Virus record (IMG/VR): IMGVR_UViG_3300035660_000002
Span: 1 to 64,000 of that record
From: a virus
Strand: one strand, 5' to 3'
DNA length: 64,000 nucleotides
Part shown: piece after piece, positions 18,766 to 27,332 of the stretch
How positions within the stretch are numbered: position 1 is the first letter of the stretch
How the letters are laid out: each line of letters opens with the position of its first letter
Notes under the pieces: model-generated
Told to the model about the DNA's origin: nothing
Database searches by the model: none
The model's input: the letters and a program-made list of their open reading frames with translations, nothing else
Position numbers and translations under genes: made by a program

Positions 18766-19157
18766 ATCATTTGCCTGTTTATGCTCGCCAGCACATCCTC
18801 GAGGAGGCACTTGTATTCCTTGTGCCCTTTCTCAAGCTCGATGCATAGATGCGTGCCGAGACTAAACAGTCCCTTCAACCCTTTGTACAAGTTATGGCAC
18901 TTGCCCTCTGTCAGCTTCTTCAGCGTGTCATGCACTGACTTGCCCTTCAGATGCTCGAAGAGTTTATTGAGGAGAGCATCCTTGCCTTCCAATGTTTCCA
19001 GTAGCGTCATCGCCTCGCTATTCTTCTTGTCGAGTATCAGGAACTCTGCCTCCCGGACAATGCCAAACTTATCCGTGTCTTTATACATAGAATACATCTC
19101 ATGGTATTTCTCCATGAGATTATCGCTTGGTATGGTCTTTATCTCACTTGTTTCCAT
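18762..19157 (-). CDS. Hypothetical head-region protein
   Basis: Follows portal; start revised to ATG 19157. Confidence 0.6.
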   Translation of the reverse strand: METSEIKTIPSDNLMEKYHEMYSMYKDTDKFGIVREAEFLILDKKNSEAMTLLETLEGKDALLNKLFEHLKGKSVHDTLKKLTEGKCHNLYKGLKGLFSLGTHLCIELEKGHKEYKCLLEDVLASINRQMI

Positions 19158-21651
19158 TGCCTGTCCCATTCCTCTTTTCACTCTTGCTGAAGTCAAAGTT
19201 TATCTTCCTCGGCTGCCATATCGCAGACTCTTTCTTGAGCGTCATGTCAGCCTCATCGATCCTGAATATCGAGGCTCGCTTCGAGTCTGTGATCCTATGC
19301 TTCAACGATAGCTCCTCAGCAGTTAGCTCGCTATCGTTCTTTGATATGAGTATCTTAAGAGATTCATCCAATTCTTTCCTGATGTTTTCCTCGGCCGTCA
19401 CATCCGGCAGGTATGACATGCAATCAGACGACAGCATAAACTCCCTTATCTTCTGTACGTTCTTTACATCCTTCTTTGCATCGCCTATCGTACCCAGACC
19501 TGCCACGCCTGCGGCCGCGAGCTTTGTCCTGAGTTTCTGGAAGTCGAGGTCGTTCAGCTTGAGGATGCGCCTGTTGCAGTAGTCAAGGAGTTCCATCTTG
19601 TCGATGTCCGGCACTGCCTTCGTGTAGACATCCATCAGTTTCTCCACGACATCCATACCGCTTGATAGTGCATTCTTCAGCTCCTCTTCCTCGGCACTTG
19701 ATATGTCGGCAAAGTTAACCTCAAACCTGGATGGATCCGGGTTCAGCTTCCGATAGGCCAGATGTATCTGACAAAGCCTCTTTATGCCCTGTCTTGTTCC
19801 TGATTGCAGCCTCTCTGCGCTCTTCGCAAAGTTTATGCTTATACGGTTGGCGGCACCTTCCCCAATCGAACCGGGCAGATCGTCAGTTATTCCCAGCATA
19901 CTCTTGCTCGTTCTCAGAGCACCCAATAGCTGATTCGTCAATAGATCTATGTCCACGATCGCCTTTATGTCCGGCTCTCCCCCCATCTTCTCCATCATCA
20001 CGTCCACATCTTCCGACACTGGCACGAATAGATCTTCTGCCTGCGCCAGTATCGGTTGAAACTTGTCCCTCCACTCTTTCTGTGAGTCGCTTGTGTTCAA
20101 TCCTGCGTTCAGATTACGCTTCAGATATTCAGCATATTCCATTACGAGTTCCGCTGCCGATTCCATGTTTCCGCCTGCCACCTTGATCTTAAATAGGTAC
20201 CAGAGCACACCTCTTGTCATACGCGACATCAGGAGGCTATCCTCTGCCAGCTTCAGCCTTTTGTAGACCGGTATGGCCGGCACGAGAAGACTTACCCCGT
20301 ATTTCGTGGTGATCCTAAACTTCCTGTCCCCCATCCTCTCACGTTCCAGGGAGAACATCTTGCCTGGTTCACCGAATATACCCAGCGCCGTGTTCAGCAC
20401 CTTCTTCGTGACTCCGAAGATCCGAAAGTGCACGTACTTCCAGCTCGCTTCGAGGTCTGCTGTGTACTGCGACCTTTCCACGTATAGTCCGGTCCTGACA
20501 AACCCTTCCAACCTGCCGTTTATGTCTATGCGCTCCATGTCAGCCGGATGTATGTTGTCATCTGTGTATGCCACACCTATGCCGTCCCTGCCTATTGCCT
20601 CTATAAAAAAATCGCCGAACATACCTAACTGTCCGGCCCAATCCCTTGCCTTCTCTTCTATCGCTATCTCATCCAGAAACTGATTTAGCGTATTCTCAAG
20701 CTTCTTATCCTCTGATGATACCCATATGCTCCTATTAGTTACATGACTTGTCCCCAGTATCGCGTCTGTATATAGATCCAACGCCCCTGAGACGTATGGA
20801 TGACTTGCGCAGAGTTCGCAATTATGTACAAACACCCCCGCCGATAGTGCAAAGTTATGGAATGGTTCTACCTGAAGATCGTACACATCTTCTACTGCAC
20901 CCGTCATCTCTACTCGCACTACTTTATGATTCTTGTATCCGGCTACGTGCTTCGTGTCGTATATATTCTCTGCTTCTTCCCTGCTTATATTTCTGTGCTT
21001 CATCAAAGTTGTAGTAGCGTACTGTCGAACTACTTCGACAGGCCTTTTTCTGCCTGTCAGTTTTTCACTAGCCGTTTTCAGTCCCGCACTTGCTCCCGCC
21101 TTTTTTCTGTACAGAGGCATGAGGCTGTCCCTCGCCTGTAAATCCTTTGCTGCCTTGTAACTACCATCCCTCATCATAAACGGATGTTCTGGTGTGCATC
21201 TGATTTCCTCTCCATTATCCAACATCACCTTCATAATCTGTCTTTGCTCTGGCTGTTTCCACACCTTCTCTATCTTGCATCTTCGCACCTTCTGCCCGGC
21301 CATGTCTATTGAGTAGACATAATTCACCTTGCCTGCCGCATGCTCTTCCATTAGTGTCTTGAAGTCTACATCTCTGCCATCAAGCAACGCTATCTTAGTA
21401 TCACCTGTGAAGCATTCTCTGTAGAACGTTCTGCGATAATAGCTTGTGGCGAGGGCCTCTTGCAAGAGCTTTGCCAGCCTTGCCTCTGTAAATACTGATC
21501 CTGTCCTTAGGAGTCTCCTGTGATATTCTATCTTCTTTGCGGGATCTGCGAGGTCTTGAGCTGTCTGTGCGGGAATTTCGAGGGGAGTTCTGCCTGTGCG
21601 TCTTTTAAGGTATCTTGATATAAAACCGGGTTGTTTCTGCGGCTCCGCCAT
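19144..21651 (-). CDS. gp20: Portal protein, T4 gp20-like, with mini-intein
   Basis: HPYVSGALDLYTD, YVHFR, YGVSLL, LKLAEDSLLMSRMTR and IVDIDLLTNQL..ALR motifs; lies between terminase and protease. Confidence 0.88.
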   Translation of the reverse strand: MAEPQKQPGFISRYLKRRTGRTPLEIPAQTAQDLADPAKKIEYHRRLLRTGSVFTEARLAKLLQEALATSYYRRTFYRECFTGDTKIALLDGRDVDFKTLMEEHAAGKVNYVYSIDMAGQKVRRCKIEKVWKQPEQRQIMKVMLDNGEEIRCTPEHPFMMRDGSYKAAKDLQARDSLMPLYRKKAGASAGLKTASEKLTGRKRPVEVVRQYATTTLMKHRNISREEAENIYDTKHVAGYKNHKVVRVEMTGAVEDVYDLQVEPFHNFALSAGVFVHNCELCASHPYVSGALDLYTDAILGTSHVTNRSIWVSSEDKKLENTLNQFLDEIAIEEKARDWAGQLGMFGDFFIEAIGRDGIGVAYTDDNIHPADMERIDINGRLEGFVRTGLYVERSQYTADLEASWKYVHFRIFGVTKKVLNTALGIFGEPGKMFSLERERMGDRKFRITTKYGVSLLVPAIPVYKRLKLAEDSLLMSRMTRGVLWYLFKIKVAGGNMESAAELVMEYAEYLKRNLNAGLNTSDSQKEWRDKFQPILAQAEDLFVPVSEDVDVMMEKMGGEPDIKAIVDIDLLTNQLLGALRTSKSMLGITDDLPGSIGEGAANRISINFAKSAERLQSGTRQGIKRLCQIHLAYRKLNPDPSRFEVNFADISSAEEEELKNALSSGMDVVEKLMDVYTKAVPDIDKMELLDYCNRRILKLNDLDFQKLRTKLAAAGVAGLGTIGDAKKDVKNVQKIREFMLSSDCMSYLPDVTAEENIRKELDESLKILISKNDSELTAEELSLKHRITDSKRASIFRIDEADMTLKKESAIWQPRKINFDFSKSEKRNGTGNGNK
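20821..21414 (-). mobile_element. Mini-intein (198 aa) in portal, no endonuclease domain
   Basis: CFTGDTK...CTPEHPF...VYDLQVEPFHNFALSAGVFVHN|C; short basic NUMOD-like linker only. Confidence 0.92.
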
Positions 21652-21658
21652 TCTTTTC

Positions 21659-21677
21659 CTCACAGAAGTGCTGTAAG
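21659..21677 (-). promoter_or_regulatory. CACTT-loop hairpin sequestering the portal Shine-Dalgarno
   Basis: CTTACAG-CACTT-CTGTGAG (7 bp with one G-U); its 3' arm contains GAG of GAGG, 7 nt before ATG 21651. Confidence 0.55.
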
Positions 21678-21815
21678 TTCAAAAATTGGTGCTTTAAATG
21701 CCCTTTTAATTTCCAACCGCTTCGACTTCCCGCACCAACGTCTTAGTTTACTATATAAATATATGTATATCCCTTAAAAGGACATATCTATTTTCACTTT
21801 ATGTATCCGATTCGG

Positions 21816-21839
21816 TTAATTAGCTTCATTGCTAATTAA
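21816..21839. terminator. AT-rich inverted repeat after the sigma factor gene
   Basis: TTAATTAGC-6 nt-GCTAATTAA; no clear U tract. Confidence 0.35.
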
Positions 21840-21854
21840 GCGCTTTGACAGGTC

Positions 21855-22484
21855 TTACTGGCTGGCGAACTTCTTCCGGAGTTGCTTCTCTGTCCTGACT
21901 ACCACATGTATGATCCATGTCTTACTCTTTCTTGCCTTCTCCGCTATCTCTTTGTATGTCATGTCCATCTCATACCTCATCACGAACATGTCCCAGTGCT
22001 CTCTCTTGAGCTTACCCTGCTTTATCATGCCCTCCACCACCTGCGCTACAATGAACCTCTTTATGATCCACTCCTTCTGTACCCGGGCTGTCTCGCAGCT
22101 TTGCTTGTAGTCCTCAAATAGTGCCGCGCTTATTCCACAGGGGACATATCTACGTTGCTCCCTTATCACTACCTTTATTCCATTCCTGATATATCCCTGC
22201 AGGTATCTGGGAAAGTAGTGTAGACTGCCTTTCTTGAAATCAAACTTGAGGAGCGCATCGTACAGCGCTATGACGGCTATCTGGTATAAGTCCTGATTCT
22301 CTACCTCTTCCAGCTCCTTGTATCGCTTCCGCTCCTGCCAGATCATCTTCATCATGAGCTTGTTCACCCTCGCCAGCACCTTGTGCCAGTACCACGGCTC
22401 CCGGGTGCGCTGGAACTCTCTCATGAAGTATTCGAGGTTCTCCGGAAATACTGTCTCCCCCGATGACGGCTTGATCTTTGTCAT
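21855..22484 (-). CDS. Phage sigma-70-family sigma factor
   Basis: Region 2 (DLYQIAVIALYDALLKFD...FPRYLQGYIRN) and region 4 HTH (FVMRYEMDMTYKEIAEKARKS). Confidence 0.85.
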   Translation of the reverse strand: MTKIKPSSGETVFPENLEYFMREFQRTREPWYWHKVLARVNKLMMKMIWQERKRYKELEEVENQDLYQIAVIALYDALLKFDFKKGSLHYFPRYLQGYIRNGIKVVIREQRRYVPCGISAALFEDYKQSCETARVQKEWIIKRFIVAQVVEGMIKQGKLKREHWDMFVMRYEMDMTYKEIAEKARKSKTWIIHVVVRTEKQLRKKFASQ

Positions 22485-25400
22485 ATTATTCCTTTACCTC
22501 GCATCCGGCTGCCTCGCAGCTTCCTCAAAGCCTCTGCCATCTTGATGTTGTTATCCTTCGACATGTTCTTGCCTTCCAGCAACACTCCAGCCCCCATTTC
22601 CTTCTTCGACTTGTCCGCTATGAACCAGTCCTCCGGTAGGCCTGCTGGCGCCTTTGATGTGCTTCTAAGCGTCCTTAGAGTATCTATGTGCTTCTGTATA
22701 TCTACCGGTCCTCTCGCGTTTATCATGGCCGAGTATACCGATCCCGCGACCGCATCCGCTACGTCCTTCGATCCCATCACTACCACGTCTCTGTACTCTC
22801 CTCCGGGCAAGCGCTCCATATCCTTTACCTTCTCCGGATGATCCACCTTGTTGCGCTTCTTGTCATATTCCAGGTTCTTGAGCTCGAACATCAGCCACTT
22901 ATGCGGATGACATATCCATCTCTTATCATATAGCAGGTTCCTAAAGTCCAGGTATGGCTTCGGGTCTTTGTCCATCGAGAGCGATCCGGCCGTTATCTTC
23001 GCCTTCTCTAGTATCTGGATCGTCACCTCCGACGCCAGCCTCAAGTCGAATGTCACCACTTGTATATTAAGACCGGCCGCTCTCAAGTCCAGGATAAACT
23101 TGTGGACGGCCGTCATGGGAATCCTGTCGCCTTCCCTCGCCTTCAGTCTCAATATGAAGTCTGTCTCTATGATAGGAAACTTTTGCCTCTTGAATGTGCC
23201 TTCCTCTTCCTCCACATCAAGCTCCACCCAATCCGCCACGCCGCTGCACGCCAGCCCCAACGCGTCCTCCGTGAACGCTATATCCACATGTATCGCTCTC
23301 GGAGTCCGTATGTTGTTCCGTATCTTGGTTATGTCCAAATGATGTATGAGTCTCTCCTCATCTTTAAGGCCGACCTCTATCGTCTCCGCGTCTATAGGAT
23401 CCTCTTTGGTATCATCAAAACAATCCTTTATAAACCTCTCTGTCGGTATAAGCTTTCCGGCCCGTAGCCCCTTTACGGAGATGCCGCCTATATCTCGCAA
23501 TGCTCCCGCCGCGTCCTGCTCAAACTCGAAACGATGCTCTATCGGCACCTCAACCATCCTGAACCCTTCTTTGAGATGCCTGTCGTATTCTTCCTTATCT
23601 ACTATCTTTGGAGGATTGTATTGATCGCCAACCGATACAAAGAACTTCTCCCCCGAATAGTTGCTCTTCGGAAATATTTCCCATTGCGATTTTTCAAATA
23701 CCACCACCTTCTTCGAGTGCTTCATCTCCTCCACAAATATCTCGAGGAACGACAGCTCGTCCTGTTTCGATGCCACAAGAAAAAGCCGGCCCAAGCTCTC
23801 GCTGTTTACCACGAACCTGGATTCAAACCTTCGCACAGTGGCCTCATATGCCTGCAAAACTCTCTTGCGTTGCCCTTCAGATTCGTTAGGAGAGTCTACC
23901 TCATCCATTACCCCGGCCACTATGTTGCCTCCAATTGTCCCGAACCCACGAGCATATGGCGACGCTAGCACCCATGTGTACAAAGGCAGATCCATGATCC
24001 TGTTGTCCTGCCCTCCATGAATATGTCCACGTTCCCGAAACCATGGCGATTTTATCAGCGCATTCTGCATGTAAGAAAATCCTTTTGAAACACTCAAACT
24101 TTTCGTGAGATTAAAAAAGGATACCTCGAGCTTTCCGGTATCCATCTTGCTAAACAACTGCCACGGGTCCGCCAAACATCCTATGTGATACAGAATATAT
24201 GGCATGCACAGTCCGCACACTACCATAGTGTTATGGCAAACCGTAAAATCTTTCATGAGGTACAATTCATCGCCATCTAACATAAATCCGTAATAGTCCT
24301 CCGCCGGAAGTTCTCTCAAAGCAAACCCTGTAACTAAAACATTTTTTTTCTGACGCCGTTTTGAGCATTTCTTTCTATCTAATCTAATCGGTATCTGATC
24401 CAGATCTCCTGATATACTTACACGAAAGCTCTTAAAAAACTTGCCCAGACACTTAGTGGTTCTTTCTTTCATATACGCTGCAAACCCCAGAGACCTGCAT
24501 AAAAAGAGGACATCCTCACATAATTTTTTGTTTTTATTAGAAAACTCCAAGCAATTACTGGCGTATAATCCGTCCGTATCGATGAGCCCTGCAAGAATCT
24601 GAAGGCGTACTTCTCTGGAATTTACTTTATAAATCTCAGGGACATGCTTGTTGTACATAAGGTTAAGCTTTTGAAACTTTTCCAACAAAGCATTTTTAAC
24701 CTTTCTTTTTCCTGTTATGTAATAAGTACTACATTTTTTACTATGCCCTCCGTTCTGCGCGATACGAACAAACAGTCCCGCCTTTTCAGCCTCTTGGTAA
24801 ACAACTTCACGAATTTCATCATCTATTGTTGAAATAGCTACATAGTCATAGCAACCGTCCCCCAGCCATACTCCCAAGAAGTAGGGGTCTATAGGCACTT
24901 TTTTATAAGAAAATTCAACCCCGGTACGCCACAACTTAAAAATTCCCTTGAAACTTTTGGAAAGTTTCAAGTATTCTGCGATAGACATATTTACTATCTG
25001 ACCGTCCTTGCCACAAACCTTTCCACCATCCTTCCGTTTTTTGTGCATGAGGCCACGATTAGTTCTTTTAAGAGACAATATGTGATCCTTATTTACAACA
25101 AAGGGTTCTCCTTTTGTAGGACGCACTTCGTACATTATATCTCGTCCACGTGCAAGACGTCGAATACAACGAGATCTGCTGTCCACACCCATCACTAAAT
25201 CCCCTACACGCAAATCTTCCACACGGCAAAGACTTCCGTCATGCATCAATATTTCAGTACCTTTTCGATGACACTTCCCGATCCCTATGCTGCCTGTAAG
25301 CACCACCAAATATTTTGAATCGTCGCTGAATATGCGTTCAATCGGCTTGTGCCATCCCGGGTATACCGCCGACAAGTTCTTTGTGTATGCCCCAAGATAG

Positions 25401-25534
25401 TAGTCGTCTTTCAGAAACTGCATCACATCCACAGGCTTCTCTCTGTATACAAGACTCTGCAGATGATCATAGTACCCCCGCATGTCTGTTTTCTTTCCTG
25501 TTATCTTCTCTTCCGATTTCTTAGCTTGTCCCAT
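22481..25534 (-). CDS. terL: Terminase large subunit with intein
   Basis: Walker A LTGSIGIGK|T after splicing, Walker B GVMDEVD, nuclease IHVDIA..DALG and KDVADAV. Confidence 0.92.
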   Translation of the reverse strand: MGQAKKSEEKITGKKTDMRGYYDHLQSLVYREKPVDVMQFLKDDYYLGAYTKNLSAVYPGWHKPIERIFSDDSKYLVVLTGSIGIGKCHRKGTEILMHDGSLCRVEDLRVGDLVMGVDSRSRCIRRLARGRDIMYEVRPTKGEPFVVNKDHILSLKRTNRGLMHKKRKDGGKVCGKDGQIVNMSIAEYLKLSKSFKGIFKLWRTGVEFSYKKVPIDPYFLGVWLGDGCYDYVAISTIDDEIREVVYQEAEKAGLFVRIAQNGGHSKKCSTYYITGKRKVKNALLEKFQKLNLMYNKHVPEIYKVNSREVRLQILAGLIDTDGLYASNCLEFSNKNKKLCEDVLFLCRSLGFAAYMKERTTKCLGKFFKSFRVSISGDLDQIPIRLDRKKCSKRRQKKNVLVTGFALRELPAEDYYGFMLDGDELYLMKDFTVCHNTMVVCGLCMPYILYHIGCLADPWQLFSKMDTGKLEVSFFNLTKSLSVSKGFSYMQNALIKSPWFRERGHIHGGQDNRIMDLPLYTWVLASPYARGFGTIGGNIVAGVMDEVDSPNESEGQRKRVLQAYEATVRRFESRFVVNSESLGRLFLVASKQDELSFLEIFVEEMKHSKKVVVFEKSQWEIFPKSNYSGEKFFVSVGDQYNPPKIVDKEEYDRHLKEGFRMVEVPIEHRFEFEQDAAGALRDIGGISVKGLRAGKLIPTERFIKDCFDDTKEDPIDAETIEVGLKDEERLIHHLDITKIRNNIRTPRAIHVDIAFTEDALGLACSGVADWVELDVEEEEGTFKRQKFPIIETDFILRLKAREGDRIPMTAVHKFILDLRAAGLNIQVVTFDLRLASEVTIQILEKAKITAGSLSMDKDPKPYLDFRNLLYDKRWICHPHKWLMFELKNLEYDKKRNKVDHPEKVKDMERLPGGEYRDVVVMGSKDVADAVAGSVYSAMINARGPVDIQKHIDTLRTLRSTSKAPAGLPEDWFIADKSKKEMGAGVLLEGKNMSKDNNIKMAEALRKLRGSRMRGKGII
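24230..25273 (-). mobile_element. Intein (348 aa) with LAGLIDADG endonuclease in the terminase Walker A
   Basis: CHRKGT...VNKDHIL...LGVWLGDG...LAGLIDTDG...YYGFMLDGDELYLMKDFTVCHN|T. Confidence 0.93.
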
Positions 25535-26015
25535 CGAGCAGTCCCCATACGTCCAGCACGCCGCAGAATACTACCATATGATCCTCACCGTCCATTCCCC
25601 GCGCCTTCATACGCCACGGTATGCGTCTATTGTAAAAGACATGGTCGCCTGTCTCAAGCACTCCTTTTGTGCTTATGAATCTCTTCCTGTCCTTATCTAT
25701 CGATCCTTCCCCCACCGATAGCACGATCGCATCCGGCGCTTTGAACTTTTCCTGAGTGCTCCCGCCGACAAACTCTTCCTTTGGAAGGTATATGAGCCCC
25801 ACCTTCTCTGGTAGTGGTCTGGGATATAAAAATACCACATCCCTCACCGCCTGGAACGGAAACCTGATTGCACCACACATATCACAATAAAAGGGCAGCG
25901 GTATCGCTGCCTTGGCCGCTACAAGCTTTTCATTCACCGGCTCGTAGCTGTTTGTCCCTTCTCCACTACTATATACCTTAACCTCTATCCCACATTTAGG
26001 ACACTTCATCGGCAC
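25521..26015 (-). CDS. GroES-like co-chaperonin with N-terminal Zn ribbon
   Basis: CPKC..CDMC, then QAVRDVVFL, KVGLIYLP mobile-loop-like segment, IVLSVGEG, GDHVFY. Confidence 0.7.
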   Translation of the reverse strand: MPMKCPKCGIEVKVYSSGEGTNSYEPVNEKLVAAKAAIPLPFYCDMCGAIRFPFQAVRDVVFLYPRPLPEKVGLIYLPKEEFVGGSTQEKFKAPDAIVLSVGEGSIDKDRKRFISTKGVLETGDHVFYNRRIPWRMKARGMDGEDHMVVFCGVLDVWGLLDGTS

Positions 26016-26718
26016 CGTCCTTCTCTTTCAGCTCTGCGTCCGACACCTTTATGCCTGACACTATCCTCTTCTCAATCGCTTTCAAAAGCTTGAACTTGTC
26101 GTGCATACTAAGATCGTCGATGCGCTTCACGACCTCTTTATTTTCTTCGGTGACCTCCAGTCCCTGCACTTTCCTGGCTTCAAACGTAATATTCTTGCCT
26201 ATCCCCATTTTGACTATCAGCCTCTGTATATCCTCCTCTGATCCTATCCTTCGCATACCGAGTACATAGTCGTTCAGCAGTTTGTACTCCTCTCGAATAT
26301 CACTTAGTATCTTCCGTTTCGACTCTACTACTTTATCCTCAGTAATCACTATAGTGTCCGTAGATTTTTTACACTTTGTACAGTAATACTTACTCTTTCC
26401 GTCCACTATGTCAGAGCTCACAGGCCTTTCGCAACATGTGGATACTAGAACTTGCTCCTTGTTGTCAAAACCTCGTAATGCCGCCATGTGATGTACCATC
26501 CGAGATCTGATCCCTTGCGTATTAAACTCGGCTATCTTTTCTGCCACGAGGATGCTTACTTCATACGACTCAGATTTTTCTAGTTTACGGACAACCTTCT
26601 GAAGGTATTTCAAATCGTTGATGCCCAGTTCCTTTTGCATCTCTAAAATATTTCCAAGATGCTTGTAGTAAGCTATCCGTATTTGCTCTGTGATCTTTAT
26701 ATGCGGTCCTGTACTCAT
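25996..26718 (-). CDS. Hypothetical protein, candidate terminase small subunit
   Basis: N-terminal HTH-like segment, CC..YYCTKC, helical C-terminus; position upstream of terL (inference). Confidence 0.45.
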   Translation of the reverse strand: MSTGPHIKITEQIRIAYYKHLGNILEMQKELGINDLKYLQKVVRKLEKSESYEVSILVAEKIAEFNTQGIRSRMVHHMAALRGFDNKEQVLVSTCCERPVSSDIVDGKSKYYCTKCKKSTDTIVITEDKVVESKRKILSDIREEYKLLNDYVLGMRRIGSEEDIQRLIVKMGIGKNITFEARKVQGLEVTEENKEVVKRIDDLSMHDKFKLLKAIEKRIVSGIKVSDAELKEKDGADEVS

Positions 26719-26729
26719 AAGCTTTCAGT

Positions 26730-26772
26730 AAGAAACATGCGGCCTATCATCCTTTCGGACTAAGGCCGCATG
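26730..26772 (-). terminator. Probable rho-independent terminator
   Basis: CATGCGGCCT/AGGCCGCATG stem with inner TCC-GAAA-GGA hairpin, followed by TTTCTT. Confidence 0.6.
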
Positions 26773-26794
26773 TACCTTTCTTTTCAAATATTAA

Positions 26795-27040
26795 CTATTT
26801 GCTTTTTTGCGGCGGTTCCGGTACCGCTGCCGGTACTGCGGATCCTGCCATGGCCTGTTGCGGCGCTCTCGGAGCCGGCTGCGACACTGGGCCGGTTAGG
26901 GCGCGCACCAAAGCATCATGTGCATTTGCCACTTTAGTGATCCGATCGTTCATCCCACCTATGTACAGTACCCCCACAAGGAGCACTGCGGCTATCAGCA
27001 TCCCTATAATTATATAAGCGAGCTTCTCTAACAACTTCAT
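26795..27040 (-). CDS. Small membrane protein with Pro/Ala-rich tail
   Basis: TM helix LAYIIIGMLIAAVLLVGVLYIGG. Confidence 0.6.
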   Translation of the reverse strand: MKLLEKLAYIIIGMLIAAVLLVGVLYIGGMNDRITKVANAHDALVRALTGPVSQPAPRAPQQAMAGSAVPAAVPEPPQKSK

Positions 27041-27057
27041 GTTGTCTCACCCCCTTT

Positions 27058-27294
27058 TCATTTACTATGTCCTTCGATAAAATTGTATACGTCCTCGACA
27101 GTTTTCATCTTGTCGGCATCCTCGTCTGGTATCTCAATGCCGAACTCCTCCTCCAACGCCATAATCATCTCTACCAGATCAAGCTCGTCTGCATGAAGAT
27201 CCTCAACGAGCTTGGCGCTGTCTGTAACTGTATCCTCCTTCGCACTGAGCTGATATGCGATGATCTTCCTGATCCTGTCTCGAGATATCCCCAT
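27058..27294 (-). CDS. acpP: Acyl carrier protein homologue lacking the phosphopantetheine Ser (DSL to DEL)
   Basis: LVEDLHADELDLVEMIMALEEEFGIEIPDEDADK aligns to AcpP [34 protein letters not shown]; the Ser position is a GAG codon at 27184-27186. Confidence 0.88.
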   Translation of the reverse strand: MGISRDRIRKIIAYQLSAKEDTVTDSAKLVEDLHADELDLVEMIMALEEEFGIEIPDEDADKMKTVEDVYNFIEGHSK

Positions 27295-27332
27295 TTATCC
27301 TCTCTTTCTTGATCTCAATATTACCATGATCT

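Noticed and set aside
21752-21761. T4 late promoter TATAAATA upstream of the portal
   Set aside because: The motif is on the plus strand, opposite to the direction of the portal gene; the AT-rich gap may still hold a promoter but this box does not support it
26736-26772. K-turn or riboswitch in the hairpin before the 240-aa gene
   Set aside because: The internal loop lacks a proper tandem GA/AG arrangement; stem plus U tract is adequately explained as a terminator
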